This document shows positions 49,626-61,133 of a stretch of DNA of 64,000 nt, in pieces. The notes below the pieces were generated by a model. It did no database searches and was not told where the DNA came from. It saw nothing but the letters and a program-made list of their open reading frames with translations. The stretch's first letter is position 1. Each line of letters starts with the position of its first letter. Made by a program: the position numbers and the translations under genes. This DNA comes from Okamejei kenojei (lineage: Eukaryota). Location: assembly GCA_035221665.1 (NCBI GenBank), contig CM069134.1, forward strand, positions 112,344,001 through 112,408,000, read 5' to 3'.

Positions 49626-51190
49626 CGATTGGCCCATATTGTCAGTGCCAAACACGATGGCAAAATTAACTAATCTCATCTGTCTACGTACAATCTACAT
49701 CCCTCTGTTCGGTGCATATCCAGTGCCTATCTAAAAGTCTCTTAAATGTCACAATCACATCTGCCTCCACCACCCTTAGCAGTGTGTTCCAGGCACCCAC
49801 CATCCTCTGTAATACAACTGACCCAGCATATCATTTTTAAACTTTGCCCCTCTCACCTTAAAACTATGCCTCCAGTCATTGATATTTCCATCCTGAGAAA
49901 AGGTCTGACTCTCTTCCTTTTCCATCCTTCTCATAATGTTATATACTTCTATCTGCTCACTTCGCGACCTCCTGTGATCTAGATAAAACAATCCCAGACT
50001 GTCCAATCTCTTTTTATAGCTAATATCCTCTAATCTAGGCATTATTCTGGTAAACTTCCTTACCCTGTGCAAAGCTTGTACATTCATCTTGTAATGAGGT
50101 GCCAGATCTGGAAGCAATGCTCTAAATTCTATAACCAAGTTTGTTATGACTTTAAAACTGAATTGTGACTTCTTGAAGCTTAGAAACATAGAAACATAGA
50201 AAATAGGTGCAGGAGGAGGCCATTCGGCCCTTCGAGCCAGCACTGCCATTCATTGTGATCATGACTGATCGTCCCCTATCAATAACCCGTGCCTGCCTTC
50301 TCCCCATATCCCTTGATTCCATTAGCCCCTAGAGCTCTATCTAACTCTCTCTTAAATCCATCCAGTGATTTGTCCTCCACTGCCCTCTGTTTCAGGGAAT
50401 TCCATAAATTCACAACTCTCTGGGTGAAAAAGTTTTTTCTCACTTCAGTCCTAAATGACCTCCCCTTTATTCTAAGACTATGGCCCCTGGTTCTGGACTC
50501 GCCCAACATTGGGAACATTTTTCCTGCATCTAGGTTGTCCAGTCATTTTATAATTTTATATGTTTCTATAAGATCCCACCTCATCCTTCTAAACTCCTGT
50601 GAATACAAGCCTAGTCTTTTCAATCTTTCCTCATATGACAGTCCCGCCATCCCAGGGCTCAAGCTTGTGCTCAATGCCCTGACCAATTAAAGCAACATCT
50701 GTCTTTACTGCATAATCTACTTATGTTACAACATTCAGGAAGCCATGTACTTGGACCCCAAGGTCCCTCTGTACATCAATGCTGTTAAGGGTCTTGTCAT
50801 TACCTTCACCTTACATATATCCTCCAAAATTGTAACACCTCTCACTTTCACACTTGCTTGTATTAAGCTCCGTCTGCCATTTTTCCACCCATTTCTGTAG
50901 CTGATCCCACTGTATATTTTGCCAACCTTCCTCACAGTCCACAACTCCAGCAATCTTAGTGTCTTCTGCAAACCTACCCATCTACTTTTATTCACCTTAA
51001 TGCTCCAAGAGCTCCAGCGTCACCTCTTTCTTAATCTCAAACTGCTCTTGCATATTAGTAGACTCCACACTGATTTCACCTCTGTTTAGTACCACATCTT
51101 CAAGCACAGATTCCCTCCTTTATCCTTGAAAGGTCCTATCTTCTCCCTGGTTATCCTATCATTTAAAAAAAATGGGATTTTCTTTAATCC
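49626..51190 (-). mobile_element. Old CR1 fragments
   Basis: RVRKFTRIMPRLEDISYKKRLDSLGLFYL; FADTKIAGVVDCEEG-like RT segment near 50920-50975. Confidence 0.75.
50181..50662 (-). mobile_element. Young CR1 LINE, 5'-truncated, nested
   Basis: ORF 50279..50518; (TTTCTATG)n tail. Confidence 0.92.
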
Positions 51191-51232
51191 GACTCAACAG
51201 TCATTTATTAACTTGTTATCACATAAATTCTA

Positions 51233-51690
51233 TGGTAGACAGAAATGCTGGAGAAACTCAGCGGGTGAGGCAGCATCTATGGAGAGAAGGAAAAGGTGAC
51301 GTTTCAGGTCGAGACCCTTCTTCAGACTGATGTGGAGGTGGGGGTGGGGGGGCGGGAAGTCGAAAGGAAGAGGTGGAGACAGTAGGTTGTGGAAGAGCTG
51401 GGAAAGCAAGGGGAAGGAGGGAGAAAGCAAGGACTACCTGAAATTGGAGAAGTCAATGTTCATCCCGCTGGGGTGTAAACTACCCAAGCTAAATATGAGG
51501 TGCTTCTCCTCCAATTTGCGGTGGAACTCACTCTGGCCTTGGAAGAGACCCAGGACAGAAAGGTCAGATTCGGAATGGAAGGGGGAGTTGAAATGCTGGG
51601 CCACCGGGAGATCAGGTTGTTTAGTGTGATCCGAGCGGAGGTGTTGGGCAAAGCGATCACCAAGCCTACCCTTGGTCTCACCAATGTAGC
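51233..51690 (-). mobile_element. PLE 3' fragment (GIY-YIG C-terminus and pLTR)
   Basis: Y(I)GETKGRLGDRFAQHLRS-like frame; pLTR follows. Confidence 0.85.
51295..51328 (-). ncRNA. Minimal hammerhead ribozyme motif
   Basis: agt-CTGAAGA-a-gggtc-tc-gacct-GAAA-c-GTC-acc on the minus strand; catalytic core intact. Confidence 0.65.
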
Positions 51691-51699
51691 GGATCCAAA

Positions 51700-52142
51700 T
51701 TTTTCCATCATTGGAAGGATTGAGTTAAAGGAGACTGAATAGGCTGGGGCTCTTTTTTTCTCTGGAGTATGGGAGGCTGAGTGGTGACCTTCCAAAGATA
51801 TATAAGATCATGAGAGGCATTGATAAGGTGAATAATCATTGTATTTTTGTCCCAGATAGGGAAATCTTGATGTAGAGGGCATAAGGTGAGAAGGGAAAGA
51901 TTTAAACGGGACCTTCAGAAGGGAAACTGAGGTGGGTATGTGTAACATGCTGCCAGAGGAAATGGTGGAAACAGGTACAATTCCAAAGTTTAAAAGATTT
52001 GGATAGGTACATAGATAGAAAAGGTTTGGAGAGATATGGTTCAAACACAGACAAGAGGGACTAGCTCAAATAGGCATTTTAGTCAGTATTGGTGAGTTAG
52101 GGCAAATTACCTTGTTTCCATATTATATTCTGTATGACTATG
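51700..52142 (+). mobile_element. Old CR1 3' fragment
   Basis: RLNRLGLFFL...RLSGDL..IYKIMRGIDKV-like frame. Confidence 0.75.
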
Positions 52143-52346
52143 GTTAAAATTCATGGCCTCTATCCTTTTTTTTAATTCAATGTAATTCTATGGATAGAAT
52201 TCATGAATAAGCAGATTTTAAAAGTTAATTTTTTACAGAGATGTAGTGAACAAATTTATGAAGGAATTTGAAACAATGACATTGAAACTGACAGATGCAA
52301 TCACTAAAATGTATTTCTTACAAAGATAAAGAAATAATATTTACAA

Positions 52347-52838
52347 CTACCAATCTAGGAAGATTCAAATGAGTTGCTCAGGAGAACATCATAAAACAGG
52401 GATAATTGATATGGGTGGAGTGGGCCGGGCGGGCGTGATCCCGAGTGAGCCTGCGGGCCGCCAGCGAGGACGGGGAAAAGCAGCGGGGGGGACCAGCCGA
52501 TCTTTGGCTTCCGCCAGCGTGACAGAGCCGGGCCGGGGGGGGGGGGGGGGGGGGGAAATAGGGAGGAGTGCCGGGCAGCAGCAACCGTTATGGTCGCAGG
52601 GCAGCGATGAGGGTGGCCAGTGTGAGGCGAAAAAAATGAGTGAATGGGGGGGGGGAGGAGAGGGGGGGGGGGGCTGGGGGAAGAATTTTATTAAAAATGT
52701 GTACAAAAAAGTGACTAAATTTAATCAGGAGTGGATGAGTGATTGTAAAAGTAAAATCGCTAGCGAAATGGTAAAAATCTCGGCGTTTTTGCGTCTGGTT
52801 TTCGTGGAGTAACCAATCAAAGGCAAAATAAATGACAC

Positions 52839-52912
<74 letters not shown>

Positions 52913-52925
52913 AAAAGTATATTGA
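52347..52925 (-). mobile_element. Possible non-autonomous Helitron-like element with internal (CA)n
   Basis: Minus-strand 5' end A|TCAATATACTTTTAAAACT followed by (GT)n; CTAG or GTAG near the other end; GC-rich core with G-runs; no TIR or TSD; no clear 3' hairpin. Confidence 0.4.
52835..52907 (+). repeat. (CA)n microsatellite
   Basis: Direct reading. Confidence 0.95.
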
Positions 52926-53249
52926 TATCGGTCATACCGATGGCAGCCAAGCCACCCCAGTGTCGCACTGCCTCCCTGCTGCATACAGCCCTGGCTGACT
53001 CCACCATCCCCGGCTCCCCCCCTATAATGCTGGCTGTTCACACCACCGCTAGACCACACGGTTTCCTCAGCTGCTAAAGGCCCTGCCTGACGCTGATGCT
53101 GCCACTGCCGCCGCCGCTGCCGACCCCTTACCTACACTCTGGCTGCCCCTGGGCCGCAACCAATGATTCCGCCGATCCTCACATCTCCCCCAGCCGCCAG
53201 CATGCCGGGGCTGTCAACTCAGCTGGATTCCAGGACCAGTTCCGGACCA

Positions 53250-53358
53250 AGAGTCTGAAGAAGGGTCTCAGCCAAAACATCACCTATCCATGTTTTCCAG
53301 AAAGTACTTTGTGTCCTTTTGTGTATTAACCACCAACTGTAGTTGTTTCTTTCTACTT
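53250..53358 (+). mobile_element. Degenerate PLE pLTR fragment
   Basis: AGTCTGAAGAAGGGTCTCAGCCAAAACATCACC. Confidence 0.7.
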
Positions 53359-53634
53359 CATATACAACATAATGCCTTACTCAGTTATAGTGGACAATCG
53401 GCAATATTGGACACCATTCCCCCCACATGGTTCATTATAATGAGGGTTTACTGTACTTGTGCTGGTAGATTCATAATGCAATTTCTGAAGCCGAGCAGCG
53501 GGTTGTCAGTGAAAGAATGGGCATTAGGTTCAATAAATGCTTGGGCTGTCAAATTAGTATTTGGACCGTAACAGCACCACTGGTTTTGTTTCTTACATTT
53601 CATGTTTGGAAATGACAGTGTTGCTTGTTCTTAC

Positions 53635-53750
53635 CAAGAATTCCTGATTTCATAATCGACTTCTCCTGTCTGCAATGTGTCTCTGAGAATCGGCTTCAGG
53701 AATAAGTGTGTCTTCATGAAACTCTCCTGGCAGCATTGGTGAGATTAACT
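53635..53750 (-). other. Candidate 116-bp exon, possibly 5' UTR plus start (MKTHLFLKPILRDTLQTGEVDYEIRNS) or non-coding
   Basis: Strong acceptor attattctctttggcAG and donor TG|GTAAGA; no frame open end to end. Confidence 0.25.
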
Positions 53751-54387
53751 CTGCCAAAGAGAATAATGTTTAAAATGAGTGCAGTATGCGGAGGACAGAA
53801 GTAAACCCTGTCAGGTGAGGAGAGAGAGAAGATGCCTTCAAGAATCAGAAAAAGGTGAAGAGGGTGTCTCTGAATTTCCGTAAAATGAATACTGAGGGAA
53901 GTTGCTTCCTTGGATGAGAGAGGAAGTTAGCCCCTACTAATTGAAGATGAACTGAAGATAGAGTACATTATTCAAGGAATTTTCATGGATTATGTTCCAG
54001 TCAACCTGCAATGTACATCCAAAAACAAACTTACGATTTCATAAGATGAAAAATAATTATATCACAAATAAAAATTTTAAGTGAACCAGAATGAGTGTGC
54101 ATGTGAGTTCACTTGGTCCATATTCCCAGGGGGATCATACTTAAAGGAAGTATTGGTCGGAAGTAGTGTTTCCACAAAATAGTTTTCATACCCAATCCAA
54201 ATGGCTTCCCTCGGGTGATTTTCAATGTAAAATCAAAAACATTTCAAGAGAATATGCTCTGAACTTGTTCCTCACAAAAAGTGCATTGTTACGTGTGTTT
54301 CAATCTAAATTTATCACCTCAGTTTGTTGCTAGACAATGCTTAGTTTCATTCATAAATTTGGATTTACTCAATATCAAACTAGTTTA

Positions 54388-54492
54388 AGAAGGAACTGCA
54401 GATGCTGGAAAATCGAAGGTAGACAAAAATGCTGGAGAAACTCAGCGGGTGAGGCAGCATCTATTGAGTTTCTCCAGCATTTTTGTCTACCT
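54388..54492. mobile_element. Palindromic PLE-derived mini-element
   Basis: GAAGGTAGACAAAAATGCTGGAGAAACTCA with its perfect inverse; direct repeat TCAAACTAGTTTA at 54375-54387 and 54493-54505. Confidence 0.85.
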
Positions 54493-55043
54493 TCAAACTA
54501 GTTTACATCATATTATTCGATTGTACCATCCCTATACCTGTTTTAGCTGTGGCATCAATAAAGATACATGTATTATGGATAAAAATAACTACTGTTCTTA
54601 AAATTCATTCATTTCAGAAATTATATGTTAATATGAGGCACTACCCCACAGTGCCAATCCACTACCCCTCAGTGCCATTCTCAGCTCCATTACACAACCT
54701 GAAAAGAATGGCCCAAAAGGCCATACAATTCTTTCTGAAGCTCATTTATCTCCAACATTCTCTTTTTTATAAACAGACTGACCCAACTTGTCAGTCGTCA
54801 TAAAACATTTCCTATTCCTGATTTTTTTTTTTTCTCGAGGCAACGTTGTATCTGCTCAACAAAACACCCTGGAGTTTATGCCCATTCTGTACTGCAATTC
54901 ACAATGTTATTTGTGCGAATTGCAAAGCTGCCGTCACCTTAGTGCTTATCTGACTATTCTTTCAACTGACAAGTTGGGACATAGTGCATGTTCAGGTAAT
55001 ATGAGAAAAAATTGCAGTAAGATTTTAAAATGTTTTTTGTAAG

Positions 55044-55163
55044 GGATTCATGCAGCAAATACATCGCAGTGTGCCAGAAGAATGAAAAATACTGTCCAAT
55101 CGCTTGCAAGCCATATGCACCCACAGCAGTCTGCCATGGCATCAAACAAGATTGCCCCAGCAA
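55044..55163 (+). other. Candidate 120-bp exon, Cys-rich frame DSCSKYIAVCQKNEKYCPIACKPYAPTAVCHGIKQDCPS
   Basis: tgttttttgtaAG acceptor, AA|GTAATC donor (weak), length divisible by 3, two frames open. Confidence 0.2.
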
Positions 55164-58100
55164 GTAATCTACCTCCTGTTAAATCCTGGCATTGTATTGA
55201 TCCAACAAATGAGACCTTAGTGACTTTGTAGAGTATTATGGGATGCATCAGAGACTTAGAGGACACTGTGTTGTAAGGTCACAAACTGTTTGTGCTATTA
55301 TTATAAGGTTCATTATAAGACAACTGTCCAGAAGCAGAACAAATTTCGGAGAAATACGAAAGCTTATGTCCGTCCTAGAAATGTACAAAGTCGAGATTAT
55401 TGGATTTAATATTGTAATATTTGACTTGACAATGTAATAATTTGCTTCATGAAAATTGTATATCCATGTATTTAACACACAGACATGCCCATCTGGAACA
55501 GGTAGGATTAAATTGAGATGTTTGTTGAGAAATTATCTGAATTTCAATATGTTTCTGTGCAAAATGCATTTTAAAAACTGTATGTAATCTTAAACTAAAA
55601 GTTGTTTATATTTGGTTTGTGAATGGAGCTGAATTGGCCACCTAGCATGAGAAAAAAAAGTATATTTATTAAGTTACAAGGAACAAGGTTGCTTATCTTG
55701 CTGAGAGGAGAACAAAATACGAATGATAAAATATGGGAATCATTTAAGTTTCCACTCATTGTGTGTGCCTTATGCTTTTGTTATTGATATCATGGAAATT
55801 TGAAGTTTATTTGATTTTTGTCAATTTCTTACCGACTAGCAATTGATTCCAATCCTCTGAGATTCACAAAATAAAATTCTGACAGCGTGTCAAGCAGATT
55901 TTATTTTTCCGTAGTGACGATGATGGACGTTGAACTTGCTGCAGTTTAACTGCTTTTCAGAAGTTTGAAAAGCAAGCCTTTTGTAAGAATGCATTTATTA
56001 AAAAAATACTACCACTACAATTGTTTAAAACTAAATAATGCAAGCAACAATTTGCAACTATTATTTTTGAGATATCTATTCATTGGCAAGCATCACTGGG
56101 ATAGCTCTTCCCCCTTGCAACCTGACCTAACAGGGATGATCATTAGTTTAATGATAACGGGAGATTGTTTTTTAGAACTTTTAGTTGTTGAGTAACATAG
56201 CATGAAAGAAGCCAATTAATATGTTTGAAATAACTATTTATAAGTGCTATAAAACTGTAATATCCAGATAGCACTGTGATTATCTTCTTTTCCTGAAAGT
56301 ACAACAAATTGTTTAATTGTTTATATCTTCATGTTTGATTTCATGTTTGTCAATGATAGCACTGAAAACGTGCATTCCCTTTATGATGTAAAGCATGCAT
56401 ATGCCATAAATGGAATAGAGTTAACCTCTCATAGAAAATTAGATCTTTCATTATTAAGCATGGTATTCTTGGAAACGAACAAATATTACTAAATATTGTT
56501 AAAGTTTATAAAGTTATGTAATTACCCATCAAAATATGCTCATTTGGTTGATTTTACAAAATGTGCATTCCAGCCAAAAAGGCAACTCAAAAATGTGGCT
56601 GCAGATATCAGTGTACCTTACACATTTGTTCTATTGTTGTTTCAAATTATTGATGGGAGTTCTCAGTGCAAATCCTTCTGCAGGGATGACAAACTAAAAT
56701 GTACCTTTATAATTAGAATGAACAATCTGAGCATTAAAGGTGGACCTAAAGGCTTCCTTAAAATGCAAGTATTTGGACATATTGAACAATGAACTAATTA
56801 CAGAGCAAGAGGATGATGATAGTGACCCCAAAGAGGAAGAGACATGTGTGCTGGGACATGCAGTTATCATATGCTTCTCTTCAGGAAGGATATATCACAA
56901 AGTGCAGTCAAGAATAAATACATGGCCAGAACATTTAAATGACGGGCAGTGATATCTCACAGCATTTTATAATGGAATGGGATGAGGCTGAAATGATACC
57001 AGGTCATATCCAGTGTACCCCATCACATACACTTGGCCTATCTTGTGAAAGGAATTTTTATTACCGAGATACCAAGGAATCAAAAGTTCATACTGAGTAT
57101 CATATACTCAATAAAGTCATATCAATTACTCAATGCATGTATCATTAATGGCAGGGTTTAAGAATATGTCTGGAAATACTTTGACTAAAAGCTCTGTGTA
57201 AAAACATTCAATTAAAAGCACCACATGGTAGACTCATGGCAGCTTCTTTGATATTGGGTACCTCATCAACGGTCATGTTTTATCATTGGGAACATATTCT
57301 GCCATGAAGAGCTCTTATGTAGTTGTTTAGTCAGCAATTATTGCATGTTCTCTGAAAGATGACTTCTTGCAAAGAATCCCTTTATATGGCAACATTTAAA
57401 GTTTCCTTAAGGTAATTACTCCTGTTGATATTTGCTGTCTGTGTAATGGTCATCAATAGAATCAGTTTGAAGACCATTCTTAACTATGATTTAATGCTTT
57501 TCACCATAAAATAAATATCCGGATTGCAGGAAATCTGGGAAATTGTTCCCTTTGAATCAGACAATAGTCTGATTACGAATTTCTTCCACCATATTGTGGC
57601 ACTCAGAACTATATTGTTTCACCAGGGATAAAACAAGAACAGAAGAATAGCAATGCTCATCAAATCTCAATCACTGCACATTGCCCCCATAAAGGAATCT
57701 TACATTTCCTAATACTGTCTCTTTTGGATGAGGCTGCGGTGAATTGGAAGTAGGATTAGAGATTCATTATGCTTCTGATCTGGGGTATTTAAACAATGAC
57801 AAATGTCCACAGATTAGTACATGTCATAATTAAATTCCCTGATACTATCTAGACTTCATAAAATAAGATATTATCACAACCAGATTATACTGTGGACTGT
57901 TGTTGACTGAGTAAAACTTAAATCTCCACAAGCATCATTTATAAAAATACAATAAAAAATAATTAGATGATCAACCATGAGGACCCCACATAAATAACTT
58001 GCAGACAGTTTGAGTGATAATAGCTTTATTATAGCCATCATTTTGGCCCATGGGTTGTCAAATAACTTAATGAACTGTGGTATATTTTTTGCACATGATC

Positions 58101-58535
58101 TCTGTTTATCTTTATATTGAGGGAGGAGTGTTCACCAGATTCTGCTTCTTGGTTTCTTTCCTGGGTAGTAACCATTACTTGAAAGGGAATTTCTGATTAA
58201 CTTCAGAAAGTGGCATTTTGGAGTGTTGCTATGCGATTTATCACCCAAGCTATCTCCTCATCTTTCTAAACTATACCTTCCTAGGCCTCACACTGTGGAA
58301 AAAAATGTTAGAAGGTTTAAACTAACTTAATTTAGTTAACACAGAAATAAATTTAAACTTGAGCAACGAGAAACTGAAATTTAATCTCAAATACCTCAAC
58401 GCCTATCCTTAATGAGCACCTACTAGTCTGGTTTGACAGGTACGCCACTATTTGATGGTCACAGCTAGGCAGATGGTTGCATGCTCCTTTTCACTTGGAA
58501 AGTTGGGAGGTGTCTGAAACAGATTTCAGACATAA

Positions 58536-58688
58536 CCCATGTGTAAGAAAGAACTGCAGATGCTGGTTAAAATCGAAGGTAAACACAAAATGCTGGAGTA
58601 ACTCAGCAGGTGAGGCAGCATTTCTGGAGAGAAGGGAAACGTCGCCCATGCCTTCTCTCCAGAGATGCTGCCTCATCCGCTGAGTTAC
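58536..58688. mobile_element. Palindromic PLE-derived mini-element
   Basis: Inverted arms GAGTAACTCAGC...GAGAGAAGG / CCTTCTCTC...GCTGAGTTACTC; TSD TCAGACATAA (58526-58535, 58689-58698). Confidence 0.85.
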
Positions 58689-58719
58689 TCAGACATAATT
58701 CATTTGGTTTTCGGCCATG

Positions 58720-60655
58720 ATGACCCCTTAACAGCATTGACGTAAAGAGGGATCTTGGGCTCCATGTCCATAACTCCCTACAAGTAGCAACACAAGTAGA
58801 GAGAGTGGTAAAAAAGGCATATGGTTTGCTTGCTTTAATAGGCCGGGGCATTGAGTATAAGAGTCTGGAAGTCATGAAGCAGTTTTCGAGTGTAGTTTTG
58901 TGTGCAGTTTTGGTTGCGCCATTGCAGGAAGGATGTGGAGGCTTTGGAAAGGGTGCAGAGGAGGTTTACCAGAGTGATGTCTGGATTAAAGGTTGGGCAG
59001 ACTTGGATGGTTTTCTCTGGAATGCCAGAGGTTGCAAGAACTGATAGAAGTATATAAAATAATGAGGCATAAATAGGATAGGCAGTTAGAATCTTTATTT
59101 TACCAGGATGGAAATATCAAATACAAAGCACAGCTTTAAGATGAGAGAGGGAAACTTTAAAGGACTTTTACACAGTGGGTGGCAAGTGCTTGGAACATTG
59201 TACAGAGAGTGGTGATTGAAGCAGATATGTTAGTGGCATCTAAAATACTTTTGGGTAGGCCAAAACTACTGCAATGATTGGAGGAAAATGGGTTATGTGG
59301 AAGCAGATAAGTGATAGTCTTGGCATCATATTTGGCTCGGACTTTGTGGGCAGAAAGGCCTGTTTATGAGCTGTACTTTCTATGTTCTATGTTGTAACAT
59401 GGCATAGATGTGGGAGTTCCAGTGCATGTGGTATATTTGACTTTAGAGAAAGGTTTCGATAAAGATGTATATAAGAGGTAATTTTGCAAAATTAAAGCAT
59501 TTGGGTTTGGCAGTAAGGTACTGTGTTGGCAGAAAACAATTGGCTGACAAGCCACAAAGTTTAGGAATAAATGTGTCTTTCTCTAAGTGGTAAATATTGT
59601 TTTCTGGGCTACCACTGGGATCAGTTTGGGATCCCAAATATCCATAATGTAAACTAATGATATGAACAAGGGAAGCAGTGCACATTATCTCTATGTTTGT
59701 GAATGTCAAATGACTGGGTTAACTGGGTTAGCACTAAGGAGGATGTAGAGAAACTCTAGATTGATTTTGACAGGTGGAGGAAGCAGGCAGATACAAGATG
59801 TGTGCAGGACAATAAGGGTAAATATGAATTATCTGCTTTGGTGGCAATATTAGGAAAACATTATTGTGTGAATTGTGATCTTATGGGAAAGGCCCTTGAA
59901 CACCTGTCACTACAGTTACAAAGGCAGATGCAGCAGATGCCTACGAAAGGAAATTACTTTCCTTCATAGCAAGAGGATTTGGGTATAGGACCATGTGCTG
60001 CAATTGCACAGAACATTGTGAGGTCACATGATAAACACTGTATGCAATTCTGATCTCTCTATCTGAGGAGGAATGTTTTTGTTCCAGCCAAAATTCACCA
60101 AAGGGTTTAACAGATTGATCCCTGAGATGGCAGGATGGATATACAAAATAATATTGGGTCAATTAGCCTTATATTCACTTGAACTTAATGGGATTGAGTC
60201 GAAATCCTTTGGACTCTGCAAAATTCTAACAGAACTGGATGGTTTGGATGCAGGAAGGATATTCCTGATGGGAAGGGAGCTCAGAACCAGGGCCACTGTA
60301 TATGGATAAAGGGTAAACTGCATAATATTGAAATTCTCACCCACAGAAAACAGTTGAAATCAAATAATTTTACATGTTCAAGATAGAGTTGGATGTCTTT
60401 CTGAGGGCCAGAGGGATCAAGAGATATGGGTCAAAGGCTAGTTAGTTAGTTAGTTTAGTTTATTGTCACATGTACCGAGGTGCAGTGAGAAGCTTTTGTT
60501 GCGTGCTAACCAGCCGGCGGAAAGACAACACATGATTGCAATCGAGCCATTCACAGTGTACAGATACATGAACAGCGCATTGAATTTGGCTGACACAAAC
60601 ATGTTGAATGGTGGAGCAGACTTGAAGATTCAAATGACGTACTCTTGCTTCTATG
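58720..60655 (+). mobile_element. Two successive ancient CR1 fragments (about 58720-59392 and 59400-60655), with a reversed Rex-like tail at about 60440-60570
   Basis: VKKAYGLLALIGRGIEYKSLEVM; V.YLDF.K.FD-like segment; FNRLIPEMAG...LGQLALYSLE. Confidence 0.75.
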
Positions 60656-60662
60656 TATTATT

Positions 60663-60973
60663 TCGGCCATGGTGGCGCAGCGGTAGAGTTGCTGCCTTAC
60701 AGCGAATGCAGCGCCGTCGACTCAGGTTCGATCCTGACTATGGGTGTTGTCTGTACGGCGTTTGTACGTTCTCCCCATGACCGGTGTGGGTTTTCCCCGG
60801 GATCTTTGGTTTCCTCCCACACCCCAAAGACGTATAGTTTCGTAGGTTAATTGGCATGGCAAATGTAAAAATTGTCCCTAGTTTGTGCAGGATAGTGTTG
60901 ATGTGCGGGGATCGCTAGTCGGCGCGGACATGTTGGGCCGAAGGGCCTGTTTTCTCGCTATTTCTCTAAACTA
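60663..60973 (+). mobile_element. tRNA-derived SINE (HE1-like V-SINE), full length
   Basis: A box TGGCGCAGCGG (60673-60683), B box GGTTCGATCC (60725-60734), central TTTGTACGTTCTCCCC...GGTTTCCTCCCACA domain, tail CTAAACTAA. Confidence 0.9.
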
Positions 60974-61133
60974 AGATTATGGGATTTTATTTTGGACTGT
61001 TTTGGGCACACACTGTTACTATTTAACTAACTTTTAAAACTTTTAACATAAGAAATGCTTTCTTAACATTCTTCTGATTTTTCTGATTTAATTTATCTTC
61101 TCACTACAATATCATGACTATCACTATTTTACT

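Noticed and set aside
52369-53077. Pro/Gly-rich and (CV)n/(TH)n ORFs
   Set aside because: Translations of G-runs and the (CA)n microsatellite.
54388-54492. Annotating the hairpin as a pre-miRNA
   Set aside because: The stem is explained by an inverted PLE fragment with TSD; there is no expression evidence, so it is kept only as a hypothesis.
56740-56952. Acidic 70-aa ORF as an exon
   Set aside because: No convincing splice pair or recognisable domain.
60663-60745. tRNA gene
   Set aside because: A and B boxes are present but continue into a SINE body and LINE-derived tail; multiple decayed copies occur in the window.
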